From positions 207,578,001 to 207,642,000 of the forward strand of contig NC_058368.1 of the NCBI RefSeq assembly GCF_018350175.1: a stretch of 64,000 bases of DNA, given 5' to 3'. The notes beneath the pieces were generated by a model. That model made no database searches. It was given only the letters and a program-made list of their open reading frames with translations, and was not told the origin of the DNA. The stretch's first letter is position 1, and the number at the start of each line of letters is the position of its first letter. This document shows, piece after piece, positions 37,846 through 51,310 of this stretch. Made by a program: the position numbers and the translations under genes. Source of the DNA: Felis catus (Eukaryota).

Positions 37846-40009
37846 CAAGTGATCTTAAATGTCCAAACTGTCATCATGCGTTTCCTAAGCCCAATATTCA
37901 AATAAGAGAGGAAACAGGGCTCAGGAAATGCCACTTTCTGTTTTGTAGTTCAGCTGTTTTCTATTTCTCGACACAAATCTTTCTGAACTTTGCTGATTCC
38001 TAAAGTAGTACCTAACTAGGATAAGCCAAAGGGACACTTTAGTCTCCTTCGGGGTAAATAGCTTAATTTTCTTCCGGAGATGTTACAATCCTATGGCACG
38101 TGCTAAAACTTGATGCCGAATGGCCTGACTTCCCACATCATTGTAACCCTGCAGAGTGACAATGGAAGCTCACTTATACCTGAAATGATTAATATTTTAG
38201 GCCAATAATGTGCAACTATTGTTTATTATTGGGGAAGGTGGAGAAAGGATGCTTGTGGAATAGTGACCACACCACTATCGGACATATTTTCTTCCTTACA
38301 AAAATATGGCCTAATTAAAGCAGTTCTAAGTATAAGTATGTTTTTCTTTTTCGGTTCTGAAGCATCTTGCAGTCTATCATCTTCCTCAGATCAATATCTT
38401 GCTGTTGATCAACAGATTAGTGATCAAATCCCCCATTAATCTATCCTGTAGAAAGCACATTTGAAATGATGCCATGATTATCCATCTTCTAGAAGGATTC
38501 AGCCTTGTCACGTTTGTGTCCTCCTCGTCTGTCACCTTCTCATTTTAATACTGGTCCATAACTCAGAAACATTATTTTTGTGACAATTTCTAAAAGATCC
38601 CCTCTGACTTCCCTTAGTTCTTCTGTGCCTCAGATAAAATAAAAAAAAAATTAGCTATCATAACCTCCGTCTAACCTCTAACATCAAACCAGGGAAACTT
38701 AGTGATGTTAAGTAGAAATCCTTGGGCGTTTTATTCCATGTTCTCCATCTTTATTTCCACTCAACTCCCAGGTTTGAGGTGGTAACCAGTTGTCTTGTGT
38801 CATGCTGTTGAAATGCTAATGGAGTCCACTGCTCTACAATCCCGGCAAGGGACTGTCAGTATTGGTCAGTATTGAGCTGACCACCAGTGCGATAAAGTTC
38901 CAAGGGACCGAGGCCAAACTGCCCAGTAGGCAGAGTGGGTCCTTGCCTTCTTTTCTCCCTTTCCCCCACGCTGACCTGCCTCCCTACTGCTCAAGTGCCC
39001 ACGACACAATTTAGACTCTAACTCCTCCTATAATGTATCCCACCTCTAACTCAGATCCCTTGGAATATATTATCCTCCAAAAGTGAGGCAGTTCCCTCCT
39101 CATCCACCTTTTTCGCAAATCAAAACTCAGTCCTTCTTGATTTGAACTGACCTCAGGTTAGTGTCAGGATAAAGCAAGCAGATTCCTAACTTTAAATTGT
39201 GGGTAACACCCCTTTAAAGCATTCACATTTTTTTAATGTTTAAATTTTTTAACTGATTTTTTTTAAAATAGAAATTACATCTGGCTGAAAAAAAAAAAAA
39301 CAAGTATAAAATGATATACAGTCCTTGTCTGTCATTTTCTGGGTCTTCTCAGCCTCTGCTCCACAGAAACCACTTTTCTTAATTTCTATGTCCATCCAGT
39401 TTCCTTATGTCTATGTAAGCAAATGTAAACATAGATATTAATCCCCTTGGCTTTATACTCAAGAAGTAGGACATTATATGCAATGCTTTGATCCTTGCTT
39501 TTTAAAAAAAAATCTTGTATATCTTTTCATATTTTAATAAGAGGTAACTGAATATTCTTTAGAGTTGCATAATCTTCTGGTAAATGAATGACTTACCTAA
39601 TCGATTGAAGAACTTGTACTGTTTCCAAACCTTTTCTCTTCAAAACAGTGCTGCAAAAAATAAGCTTGTATAGGTGACTTATATGTTATTTTCTGAACAC
39701 TGAGAATTTCCTAACAGGCAGGTCTGCTGACTCCTGATCCTACCACTGCTATTTTTCCCAAACTACACTAAGGAATTTAGCCTTCCACTTAAGAAGGTTA
39801 AAAATATACCAGATTTAGAAACTATATAGTGTTCGAATTAACCAATGCTTCATCTAATTACTCTGCAGGTTTTCAAAGCTCTAAAACTATTTTTTCTTAG
39901 CCTTCTACCTGATTCCTTCCTTTCCAGGTTCACATCCAACCCCTTAAACCTCTTCCCCAGACCTACTCTCCATCTTTTATCATCTTTGTCCAGTATATTG
40001 CCCATCAAA

Positions 40010-40230
40010 AATATGTATTATTTATTGAGGACTTGTTACATACCAGATACACACTACTCTGTTTGCTCCTCCCAAGAACCCAATGAAATAAGAATTCTAT
40101 GAGGAAACTAAAGTTCAGAGATGTTGGGTAATTTGCCCAAGACTGTACCGTGACTAAGCAGGGGCAGAGCTGATCCTTGGGTGTCTCTAATTCCAGGGCT
40201 AGGGTCCCCCTCACCGCACTCCCTGCTAGG
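40010..40230 (-). mobile_element. MIR
   Basis: atgaggaaactaaagttcagagatgttgggtaatttgcccaag. Confidence 0.75.
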
Positions 40231-40301
40231 CTCCTTCTCTTGAAACATAGGATATCTTGAGATAATAATTGGGGCATAAGGGATATTCAAAGAATTCTCA
40301 T

Positions 40302-40303
<2 letters not shown>

Positions 40304-40342
<39 letters not shown>
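40304..40342. repeat. (CT)n microsatellite, followed by a T run at ~40358-40373
   Basis: Direct read. Confidence 0.95.
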
Positions 40343-40346
<4 letters not shown>

Positions 40347-41476
40347 TTGGCTGAAACTTTTTTTTTTTTTTTTAACTACAAATACCACCGTAAGCTACAT
40401 GAAGACAGACACCAGTCTGCTTAACATTATTTATTTGGAGCATAGAAATAATACCTTCTTGTTCATTGCTCGGGTCTGTCATCCCACCAAAGTCTATTTA
40501 ATCAGATTTTAGTATTAATATTCTCTATAGCTTAGCAATTACTTTAATGAATTAGGTAACCCCTGTCAGTAGGCTTGCATTCCATTGAATAGAGGTTCCA
40601 TGTGAAATGAATATTACACATGGGGTCTATATTATAGATCTATTTGACTGACTTACTAGTAAACCATAAGCTCGAATATAACATACTGTTTTTCTGAACA
40701 TGAAGCTAATAACTTTTTTCCCCCAGAACCATTTGGGATTACAAAAGCCTAAACTTTCAAAAGATAAAAAATCCAAAATATCAAAATGTTTTCTAAACTA
40801 ACCTTGTCTCTGGTTCCTTTTGTTTCCTGGGCCAGCGGTGAGAAGAGTTCATCCTAAGCATGAGTGTGTGCCCAACCAGCAAAGTTTTGGTTGTTAAGAT
40901 CCCCTGGCTTGACTGTTGGTTTGCATGTGGGAGTTAGTAATAAATCTGCTTGGAAATATTCCATCCAACCCTTTTCCTGGTCTTGTTCTTAATACTGGAG
41001 AGAAACTAAGCTCATCTTTCTGTATGTTAGCTTTAAGAATGATCAGTTAAGCATCCTGACAATTGAAGAGGTAAGGCCAGGGTCCCAGTGGGTATTAGCA
41101 AAGGGCTAATGGTGTGACTGACCCCTCCATACCTGCTTATGCATCGCTTCGACTAATCCAGCCAGCAGTAGTTTGGAACCTAAAGGTGCCCGGGCTATTT
41201 TCAGCAGCAAGGATAGGAGGAGGCACGATTCTCCTTCATATACCCTAAACTATCTCTCTCTAAAATTGGATATTTATACATCACGTTATATCAATGTGTG
41301 CTGCTCCAAACCATTACAAGGGAAAGGGATTGTATGCTCAAACACATTTTAAAAATTGGGGGGGGGGTGGTAAGTAGACTTTTTTACAGCAGAGTTTCTA
41401 CAGGCATTTGATATAATACTGTACACTTGGAATCTAAGAACAAGGAACCTAAAAAACATCCCAGGCACGTTTTCTG

Positions 41477-42879
41477 GGTTTTTTTTTCTTTTTTAATTTA
41501 ATTTGATTTTTTAAATTTACATCCAAGTTAGTTAGCATATAGTGCAACAATGATTTCAGGAGTAGATTCCTTAATGCCCGTTACCCATTTAGCCCATCCC
41601 CCCCCACAACCCCTCTAGTAACCCTCTGTTTGTTCTCCATATTTAAGTCTCTTCTGTTTTGTCCCTCTCCCTGTTTTTATGTAATTTTTGCTTCCCTTCC
41701 CTTATGTTCATCTGTTAAGTGTCTTAAAGTCCTCATATGAATGAAGTCATATATTTGTCTTTCTCTAATTTCGCTTAGCATAATACCCTCTAGTTCCATC
41801 CACGTAGTTGCAAATGGCAAGATTTCATTCTTTCTGACTGCCGAGTAATACTCCATTGTATATGTATATCACATCTTCTTTATCCATTCATCCACTGATG
41901 GACATTTGGGCTCTCTCCATACTTTGGCTATGGTTGATAGTGCTGCTATACACATGGGGGTGCATGTGTCCCTTCAAAACAGCACACCTGTATCCCTTGG
42001 GTAATACCTAGTAGTGCAATTGCTGGGTCGTAGGGTAGTTCTAATTTTAGTTTTTTGAGGAACCTCCAGACTGTTTTCCAGAGTGGCTGCACCAGTTTAC
42101 ATTCCCACCAGCAGTGCAAAACAGATCCTCTTTCTCTGCATCCTTGCCAACATCTGTTGTTGCCTGAATTGTTAATGTTAGCCATTCTGACAGGTGTGAG
42201 GTGGTATCTCATTGTGGTTTGATTTGTATTTCCCTGATGATGAGTGATGTTGAGCATTTTTTTCATGTGTTGGTTGGCCATCTGGATGTTTTCTTTGGAG
42301 AAGTGTCTATTCATGTCTTTTGCCCATTTCTTCACTGGATTTTTTTTTTTTTTTTGGAGGTGTTGAGTTTGATAAGTTCTTTTTAGATTTGGATACTAAC
42401 CCTTTATCTGATATGTCGTTTGCAAATATCTTCTCCCATTCTGTCAGTTGCCTTTTAGTTTTGCTGATGGTTTCCTCCGCTGTGCAGAAGCTTTTTATTT
42501 TGATGAGGTCCCAATAGTTCATTTTTGCTTTTGTTTCCCTTGCCTCTGGAGCCATGTTGAGTAAGAAGTTGCTGTGACCAAGGTCAAAGAAGTTTTTGCC
42601 TGCTTTCTCCTCGAGGATTTTGATGGCTTCCTGTCTTACATTGAGGTCTTTCATCCATTTTGAGTTTATTTTTGTGTTTGGTGTAAGAAAGTGGTCCAGG
42701 TTTGCTTTTCTGCATGTCACTGCCCAGTTTTTCCAGCACCACTTGCTGAAAAGACTGTCTTTATTTCATTGTATATTCTTTCCTGTTTTGTCAAAGAAGA
42801 GTTGGCCATATGTTTGTGGGTCCATTTCTGGGTTCTGTATTCTGTTCCATTGATCTGAGTGTCTGGTTTTGTGCCAGTA
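41477..42879 (-). mobile_element. 5'-truncated felid/carnivore L1 (1.4 kb; frameshifted ORF2 C-terminus plus 3'UTR)
   Basis: ORF-track peptides [15 protein letters not shown] and [11 protein letters not shown]...[23 protein letters not shown] are L1 ORF2p C-terminal. The 17-bp TSD cccaggcac(g/a)ttttctg lies at 41460-41476 and 42880-42896. Confidence 0.96.
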
Positions 42880-43231
42880 CCCAGGCACATTTTCTGAAAC
42901 ATCTCACAGATTGGGCCAGTTCAGAACACTGAAAAGTTAAAGGCAAAGCTCTATGGTACACAGACTGAAAGTGAAGCATGGGTCGGCTTCAGGTGGCCAC
43001 GTTGTTCTGCTAGCTCACTGTCCACATGTCTGATGTGCATTTTGTGGCTGTTGTCACTCTTACTTTCGGCTCCATCCTGAGCCCACTCTACTTCGTTTGC
43101 CTTCCTTGGTCTTTGGGAAAGCAGTTTGCCATAAGACCTCTGGATCTTCTGTTCCAGGTTGAAACTTCTGGGGAACCATTGACTGTTAATTGGGCAGCTT
43201 ACTTGGGTTTAACTCTAAAACAGAAATGCCT

Positions 43232-43357
43232 GGGGTGCCGGGGTGGCTCAGTCAGTTAAACATCCAACTCTTGATCTCTGCTCAGGTCATGGTCTTACCA
43301 TTTGTGGGATTGAGTCCCATGTCAGGCTCTGTACTGACCGTGTGAAACCTGTTTAGG

Positions 43358-43405
<48 letters not shown>

Positions 43406-43469
43406 CTCTGCCACTTGCACTCTCTCCCTCAAAATAAATAAATAAATATTTCAAAAAGATAAATAAAAT
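43232..43469 (+). mobile_element. SINEC with an expanded (CT)n
   Basis: TSD aaa(a/g)cagaaatgcct. Confidence 0.93.
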
Positions 43470-44323
43470 AAAGCAGAAATGCCTCTGAAAGAGCATTCCC
43501 TCTCTTAACCACAAAAGCCCACAAGCCACTGTTCAAATCTTAAGAGCTTCCCATTCTTCATCTTTCTCTCTAAGTTCTCAACTTCTGCTCTTCTAAGATA
43601 AACCAGCTCCTCAGTCTAAACCCTGTTCTCACAAACAACCTGCCTTATCCCAACAGTAACCTTTGGGCATTTTTTTATCTAATGTTTTCATCATTTTTAT
43701 AACCAATCTACATGGTCTTTATTTTTACATTCTGGCATTTAAATTTACTGTGGAGAAGTCTGGGACCACCCTGAATTTCCCCCCCTTTGAACGTGATTAT
43801 CTTTTCTATCTGGATTCCCAAAGAAACCTCTGTCTTTAAGGTTTAAAAACCTAGCCAAAGTATGTTAGTGTCAATCACTCCATCATCAGTATTTTCTGAG
43901 AGATGTTCCTCTTTGCTTTTGGGGATTTTCTGTTCCATATGAATAGAGGTCACACCAATTTCTTTTGATCTGGCTGATGGGTGACAAATGCATGTGTTCT
44001 AATCCAGTATGATCAATTCACCAGCTCTGAGTGTTGCTTCTAATTCAGTCTTCTGTGGAGCAAAAGATAGCTGTGCTGGTCTTGAGGGCTGGATGCTGTT
44101 CCATTTTCTGAGATTTCATTTTGTTTCCTATACCAGGGCAAGGCCAATCATGGTGGCTCATCCCCCTTCTGCCTCTGATATGATGCTGTCATGGTATTTA
44201 GGGCTTTCACGCTATAGGTTTCTCCTTGACCTTCCCCAGAGTGTTCACTCACCCCTGAGCCCACTTCTCCAACCTGGAGTGTACTAAGGAGAACTCACAG
44301 GTTTTCTAAAATCAGTGTCTTCT

Positions 44324-44486
44324 GGAGGCACCTGGGTGGTTCAGTCCAGTAAGCATCTGACTCTTGATTTTGGCTCAGGTCATGATCTCACAGTTCTTGA
44401 GTTCAAGCCCCATGTTGGGCTCTGGGCTGACAGTGAGGAAACTTCTTGGGATTCTCTCTCTCTCCCTCTCTGCTCCTTCCTGGCAT

Positions 44487-44540
<54 letters not shown>

Positions 44541-44560
44541 CAAACAAACTTTAAAAATTT
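44324..44560 (+). mobile_element. SINEC
   Basis: Head, ggctcaggtcatgatctc core and long CT tract. Confidence 0.92.
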
Positions 44561-44670
44561 TAAATTAATCAAATCAAGTCACTGTTTTCCCCCAGTATTG
44601 CTCCTCATTCTAGGGAACAAGTGGAAAGCTTTATTTGCCTCCTATGGCACCTTCTGTTTCTTCCCCTAGG

Positions 44671-44712
44671 CCAACAGTTGTTGATGTTTATCCAACAGTT
44701 GTTGATGTTTAT
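44671..44712. repeat. Perfect 21-bp tandem duplication
   Basis: ccaacagttgttgatgtttat twice. Confidence 0.95.
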
Positions 44713-47700
44713 TTTTAGGGGTGATGGCCACTAAAGTGAGTTTGGGATATTATTTATCTTGCCCTATTTTAGTTTTACTATTTTATTTTGGAATTGGAGG
44801 AGGGACATTCTGTAAGTCTCCCTTGTTAATTAATATTAAATAAGCATTTCAGTTATGATCTAGCTATCAGCAACACTTCCAAAGGAACCATCAATGCACT
44901 CCTTCACAAGGCAGAAAGGAGACTGATGTGAAGTGCATGGTCACTGCTTGTTTCATATCCTCTGGACTATGCTGGCTGGTCAAAGACATTCCAATGACCA
45001 CTCCAGGAATCTATCCTGAAGAGTTTTTCAGGTCACAATCAAGGTGAAGGGCAAGGGAGAGTTCCAGCTACCTGACGAGAGTTTACCTCTGGAGTGTGGG
45101 TAGTGTCTGACCTCTAAAAACCTGAAAACTCCCTGAGAGTAGTTATATTTTAAGCTTTTAACAGCCAATTACTTTATACTGAGACTAGTAGAAGAATGGA
45201 GTACTGGAGAGGAAAATGAGCCGGAAGAAGGAGAGGACACTGGGGCTGACCTCTGAGGAAGGCAGCTTCCTCTCTTCAGGGTCTAAGTCATTTTTGTCAT
45301 CGAAAAGCCCCCTCCACATATTTTGCTTCCTGGTTCCTTGCTCTGTGCTTTCTTTGGCTTTAAATTTCTTCCTTAACTGTTCAGGTGCCAGCTTGTCTTT
45401 TAATATTAGTTTTAGCACAACAGTGGTCCATACTTGTCATCTAATCTGCAGGGGAAATTTTCTTTATAGTGATAGTCAACCATATCTGTATGAGGGACTA
45501 TGGCTTTTCTTAGTTAGGACAGAGGAATTTCTGTAAAACCCAGTTTGGAGCAACATGCCATGATTTATCCTATTGTAACAACTTCCTGTGATCAAGCAGC
45601 AAGTTGGTATATTTTTAAGCTGCTTACAAAAGAAAATATGGAAATATTGCCTAATCTAGTGGTATTATGTCAACATAGGATCTGTGCTAGATCAAAGAAG
45701 ATACAGCAACTTACAACATAAATATTTTCTTTTATAGTGACTGACTTACCCATAAATAAAGTATAAAATGCATATGAGATGTTTAGTATATACCAAATTT
45801 GATTTAAATTATTTAAGTCTTAAAATAGTCATGTAACCCATAGAGGGAAAAGCATTAAAATGAAATGCCAAATACTTAAGAAAGAAAAATTAGAAAGTCA
45901 AATCTAAAAATCAAATACAAATACATATTGAGCCTAATAATCAAATGCACACTCTTCCTGATTTACTTTCAATTGTGTTTGCACACATTAAAATATTTTA
46001 AAAACTAAAAAAGAAATTTAAAGACTAGATAGGAAGATTGGGTAAATGTTTTAATTCAGTCTGCTCACTGGGCAGGAGATACCTTGCTTCATATAATCTG
46101 CTAAAACTATTTCCAAGCCAGTATCCTTTTTTTAAAGGATTGGATTTCCACCATATGCATTTGCCACTAAAGGCTCCTTCTTGGCCGTGATGAAAATTAT
46201 TTCTGAATATTATGGGTTCATATGCTAATGACACCTCTTTGTGCATATGTTTTTTATTTTCAAACCAAAGTGAAATTAACTTACATGACACATGAATAAC
46301 TCCAATTATTGAAAGAACAAATTATGCCTCAGGAGGAGAAGTCCAGCTGCTTGTTTTTACAAATATATCTGGAAATGTCCGTTTCTTTTAGAGGAAACAC
46401 CATCATGATAGTTATGGCAAGGCTCTAAAGCCCCGAGAACCACCTAGAGCACTAGATTGTTTGTTTCTCCAGCATCTGAGAAACAGGGAAGAAAGATTCT
46501 AGAAGTCGGAGACTTTAACTGCCATATTAACCACTAGCAAACACACACACACAAACATGTTTCTCTTCCGTTTAAATTGCCACTAAAGAAAAACGATTGT
46601 ACTTTATTCTGTCTGGCACAGCAAAGGTAGAGAAAACACGTACAACAGCCAATGGCAATAGATACTATCAGGAAAAAGTAACTGAAGGTGAGACATCTGG
46701 CTGTAGAAAAAAATCTGAACAGAAAACCATATGAGGTTTTTCTTTCCCCAAAGTAAGAACGGGTGTCGTAGAAGCACTATCTGTATTTATTATAGCAGTC
46801 GGCCTCTCTCTGCAGCTGCACGTCTGCACACAACGGCTTCTTCAGCCAGCGGCATGCTCCTGGCAACCGAGAGTGTGTTTTTCCAGGGCTGGCAGTGGAT
46901 CTGTTGAGGCACAGGAAAAGGTTCTTGCCACATAACACCACTATTCTCTTGATCTGCCTGTAATTCTCAGAACCATCACGTAGTGCATCTGGCGTTCAAG
47001 AGCATCGTGTGTAGTGATACCACGAGTACAACCAGGCGGCTGAAAATCTTTCCAAAGTAAGCGCAAGGCGGATAAATACCACAGGTATCCAGATTGTGTT
47101 CGAGTGTTCGTTCCCCCTATTCAGGAATAACAGTTGCTCAACTCCATTAAGGGGAGAAAGGATCCTGGATGAGTACTAAAAGTGCCCCCTCGTAGTGGTT
47201 TGTTTTTAACTCGTACAGTATTTTCTATTTTTGTTCCAAATTGTCACCTTAAAGAAGTTGATGTACTCACATCCTCTCAGTTACTGAGGATCTGGACTGC
47301 AGCTTCTCTAGGACCCCCTTCTCCCTGTTTCCAGAACTTCAGCTTCACACACACACACACACGCACGCACACATGCACGCACATGACTTTCTCCTCAGCC
47401 GCTTCTTCAAAAGCAGTCTCATGTGGAAGGAGGATAAGTCAAGTTTACAAAATACATTTGTCATTCATGTTACTCTAAAATAAAGAAGATTTTCTTGACC
47501 TGATAGAGCAGTTTAACAGGCAGGAAACCTCACTATATTGTAGAAAGAAGACGTCTTTGATTTCTCTGAAGCCTTGAGTCCTTAGTCCTCACGGGGAGAA
47601 ATCAATCATGTCTGGCTGAGTGGCATGAAAGCAGATGAGGTTTGTAGATCTTCTGCCAGATCTCTATCGGCCGGTTGGGAACTCTTGCTTTCTTCGCTAA

Positions 47701-47759
47701 CTCTGAGTGATTATCTAAATGGACCTACTGGTTGGGTGGACTGTTACAAGGTGAGGCAG

Positions 47760-48078
47760 TGTGTTAGCTCAAACTGCTAGTTACAAAAATACTCGTGGCT
47801 TAGAAGCAACAGAAATTTCTGTCTCACGGTTCTGGAGGTTGGGAAATCCAAGATCAAGGTGCTGGCAGATTTGGTGAGAACCCACTTCCTGGTTGTCTTC
47901 TCACAGCGTGGGGATGGCAGAGGGATGAGGGAGCTCTCTGGCGTCTCTTCTGTAAGGGCATTAATCCCATTCATGGGGGCTCCAGCCTCAGGACCCCATC
48001 ACCTAGCGCCGTTCTAGCACCATCTCATTAGGGATTAAATTTCAACACGTGAATTTGAGGGACCCATTCAGTGTATAG
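47760..48078 (-). mobile_element. MLT1A-like solo LTR
   Basis: tctcacggttctggaggttgggaaatccaagatcaaggtgctggcagatttggt; taagggcattaatcccattcatg. Confidence 0.88.
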
Positions 48079-48447
48079 AAGATGGCCTGTGACATTCAAC
48101 CTAGCAAATGGTACTCCGCCGCAACGCACCCAACTGCCTCCCTCCTATTCTCTTTCTTTCTTCTTCATTCTTGTCTTCTAAGCTCTGATTATGTTTTTAA
48201 TCGTATTCTTTTCCATTCCTCCGTACCATCACTGCAAATCTCCTTTCTTTGGGGTCAATGAAACCTATTAGTAGAACCTACAGAAAATGCTGAGCTTTAT
48301 GGAGGCATGACCACCAAAGAGGCTGCTGAGTTCTGAACTACTAAGAAACCATGGTTAATTACATGGGCCAACATGATTTTGAAATGGAAAACCCAAGGCA
48401 GAAAATAGAAAAGCTGCTGGTGTGCTCCTTAAAGTCTGGATAAAGTC

Positions 48448-48657
48448 GGGCACCTGGGTGGCTCAGTGGGATAAGCGTCCAACTTCAGCTCAGGTCATGA
48501 TCTCAGGAGCCCCACATTGAGCCCCACGTTGGGCTCTGTGCTGACAGCAGAGAGCCCACTTTGGATCCTCTGCCCCCCTCTCTCTCCCTGCCCCTGCCCT
48601 GCTCTCTCTCTCTCTCGCTCTCTCTCTCAAAAATAAGTAAAAACATTTTTTTTTTAA
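48448..48657 (+). mobile_element. SINEC
   Basis: TSD tct(g/a)gataaagt. Confidence 0.9.
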
Positions 48658-49083
48658 TCTAGATAAAGTTATTTTCAAATGCCAGCCCGTGTTTCATGGA
48701 AAAATTGAATCCGATCAATGAAGGACAAAGCCACTTGAATTTTCAAGGTCACTTCAGGTTTCTAGCTCTTGCCACTTCTAACTTGTCTCAGTTTAGGAAC
48801 CGCCTCTCTGACCCTGCGCTATACTGCAGTCACCCAGACAAGACTTGTAGCCTTTCCTCAGTTTTCACCACAAACCACTCACCGAAGACGTTTGTGTGCG
48901 TGACAGACTTCAGTGAATGTGTCATTTACGTTGCATCAAAGCCAGAAATTTAAAACAGAATATTGGCAGCTAGGGATTTTACACCTCAGGTTCCCCTCAC
49001 ATCCTCTGCTGTTCACCTTCCCCTTTCCTTCCTTATTTCTTTGGCCTTTCTTTCCTAAGGGCAAAGAAGAATCTGAACATTCT

Positions 49084-49260
49084 TTCTTCTTTTTTTTTTT
49101 TTTTAAGTTAATTTACTTATTTGAAAGAGACAGATGCAGGGGCAAGAGAGAGAGGGAGAGAGAGAATCTGATGCAGGGCTCAAACTCACAAACCATGAGA
49201 CCATGACCTGGGCTGAAATCAGAAGTCGGACGCTTAAACGATTGAGCCACCCAGGCGCCC
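49084..49260 (-). mobile_element. SINEC (internally shortened)
   Basis: TSD gaacattct. Confidence 0.9.
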
Positions 49261-49585
49261 AGAGAACATTCTGTTTTCTTTTTCAGGATAGTTTGGCTGT
49301 CTGTGATCCAAACACTTACACTAAACTATTACCTTCCTTTGTATATCAACAGAAGTTCTTTATTCAAAAGTCTCCATGCCATTTCCTTTGAAAGTGGAAG
49401 ACACTGGTGGGAGGGATGGCCAGTGGGGAGGAAGTGGTTTTATTTTGTATTGCTATTAATGGCCATTATATTACCAGAAACAAGCTGCTAATAAATAGAA
49501 TACACCCAGGGGAGTTAGGGTGATGCTACTAGAAGTGTGAGAACTAAACTGTTCCAATTGTTGTGATTGTTTGATCCTCCCATCC

Positions 49586-49825
49586 ATTTTCTTTTATTTT
49601 TTTATTTAAAAAAATTTTTTAATGTTTATTTTTTTAGAGAGAGAGAGAGAAACAGAGCACAAGCAGGGGAGGGGCAGAGAGAGAGAGACACAAAGAATCC
49701 AAAGTAGGCTCCAGGCTCTGAGCTGTCAGCACAGAGCCCGACGCGGGGCTTGAACTCAACAAGCCATGAGATCATGACCTGAGCTGAAGTCAGATGCTTA
49801 GCTGGCTGAGCCACCCAGGTGCCCC
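49586..49825 (-). mobile_element. SINEC
   Basis: Full antisense copy. Confidence 0.93.
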
Positions 49826-51053
49826 ATCCCATCAATTTTCAGTGACTGATGACCAAAGATCCTTAAAAAATAGGTTCTATTTTTAGATAGAAGTGCTAGA
49901 GATGGCTTTCTTCTATCACACATGGGATTTGAAAGTTTTCAGATTCTTTCCTGAATTAAAATATTACAAGGACACCCATGCAAATCAATGTTCCCTACAC
50001 ATTTTCCTAACCATTCTGACACTAAATGGGTCTCTAAGGAGAAAGATGGCCAAAATGGGTAGATGGTCTGATCAACAGTGTATGTGTCATATACTCAGAA
50101 GGAACAAGAGAACATCAAAATTGGGTCTTACTCTTTCAAAGATTCTCAAACTTTAAGTTGCATAAGAAAACCCCAAAGTTTGTAGTTCAAGAAGCCGGAT
50201 GGGACCCAGGAATTAGGATAGTTATCAACGTCACTAAGTGGTTCTAATGCAGGTTGTCCTGAGACCACATTAAGAAATACTGCAGGCTGGGAGAGCTGTT
50301 ACAGTGGGGGAGGAGAAGGAGAATGGTGGGGAGAGGAAGGGCTTCTTCCTAAGCCATAGGTATTTTTTTAAAAACAAAAGAAATGCTATACCACTGAGAC
50401 AGGACACTAAGAGTCAGTGATTACATCCAAACATGGAAATGAGTGAGTGATCTGTTTAAGCAAACAGGTAGTATCCTATGGTTGATCTTAAAAATTTGCC
50501 TAGTTAAGGAAAGTGCAAAGGTGATAGATATTCAAATATCTAACATCTGGATGGCTGGCACCAAAATCCTGAAAATTCTTTACTGTGTCAGGCATTGACC
50601 TGTTAGTTGCTGGATCATAAAGAGGTCCAGGGGTCACTAAGTGGTATCCGGAACCCTTGGAGGACTTCAGCTAGTTCATTCTTTTAACAGCTGGTGGTGA
50701 AATTGTATACATCAGCTGACTGGTGCCCACCAGCTGGCCCTGACTGTCAGCCTGGAGTAGTGTAGTGCTCCCCGGCCCCCCCAGAACACCTGTAAGCAAG
50801 GACTCTGCCACTCTCTCCCCCTCTTTCCTTTCTTCCTTTTTTCTGTTCTCTATTCCCTTTTGTTTTCATCTCTTTTCTCCCCTTCTGCCATCCAGTGGCC
50901 TTCAGGTTAGCTCAGCACAGTGTTTTTCACCTGGCACATATAATTAGTATTCATCAAATTAAACACCCATATTTAGCACTACAGGTAGTTTTAAAAGGCA
51001 AAGAAGAAAAACACAAGTGCTCCCTAAGATGAACAGACTCAGAAAGCCTGAAT

Positions 51054-51310
51054 GGGGGCGCCTGGGTGGCTCAGTTGGTTAAGTGTCCGACTCTCGGTTT
51101 CGGCTCAGGTCATGATCTCAGAGTTCATGGGTTTGAGCCCTGTGTCGAGCTCTGCGCTGACAGTGCGGATGGTGCCTGCTTGGGATCCTCTCTCTCCCTC
51201 TCTCTCTGCTCCTCCCCCACTCATGCTCACTCTCTCTCTCTCAAAAATGAATAAATAAGAACTAAAGGAAGGAAGGAAGGAAGGAAGGAAGGAAGGAAGG
51301 AAGGAAGGAA
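51054..51310 (+). mobile_element. SINEC with a tail-derived (GGAA)11 repeat (51267-51310)
   Basis: Direct repeat aagcctga before the head and after the GGAA tract. Confidence 0.92.

Noticed and set aside
50720..50740. CTCF-like ggccagctggtgggcac (- strand)
   Set aside because: An extra base and a mismatch break the core spacing.
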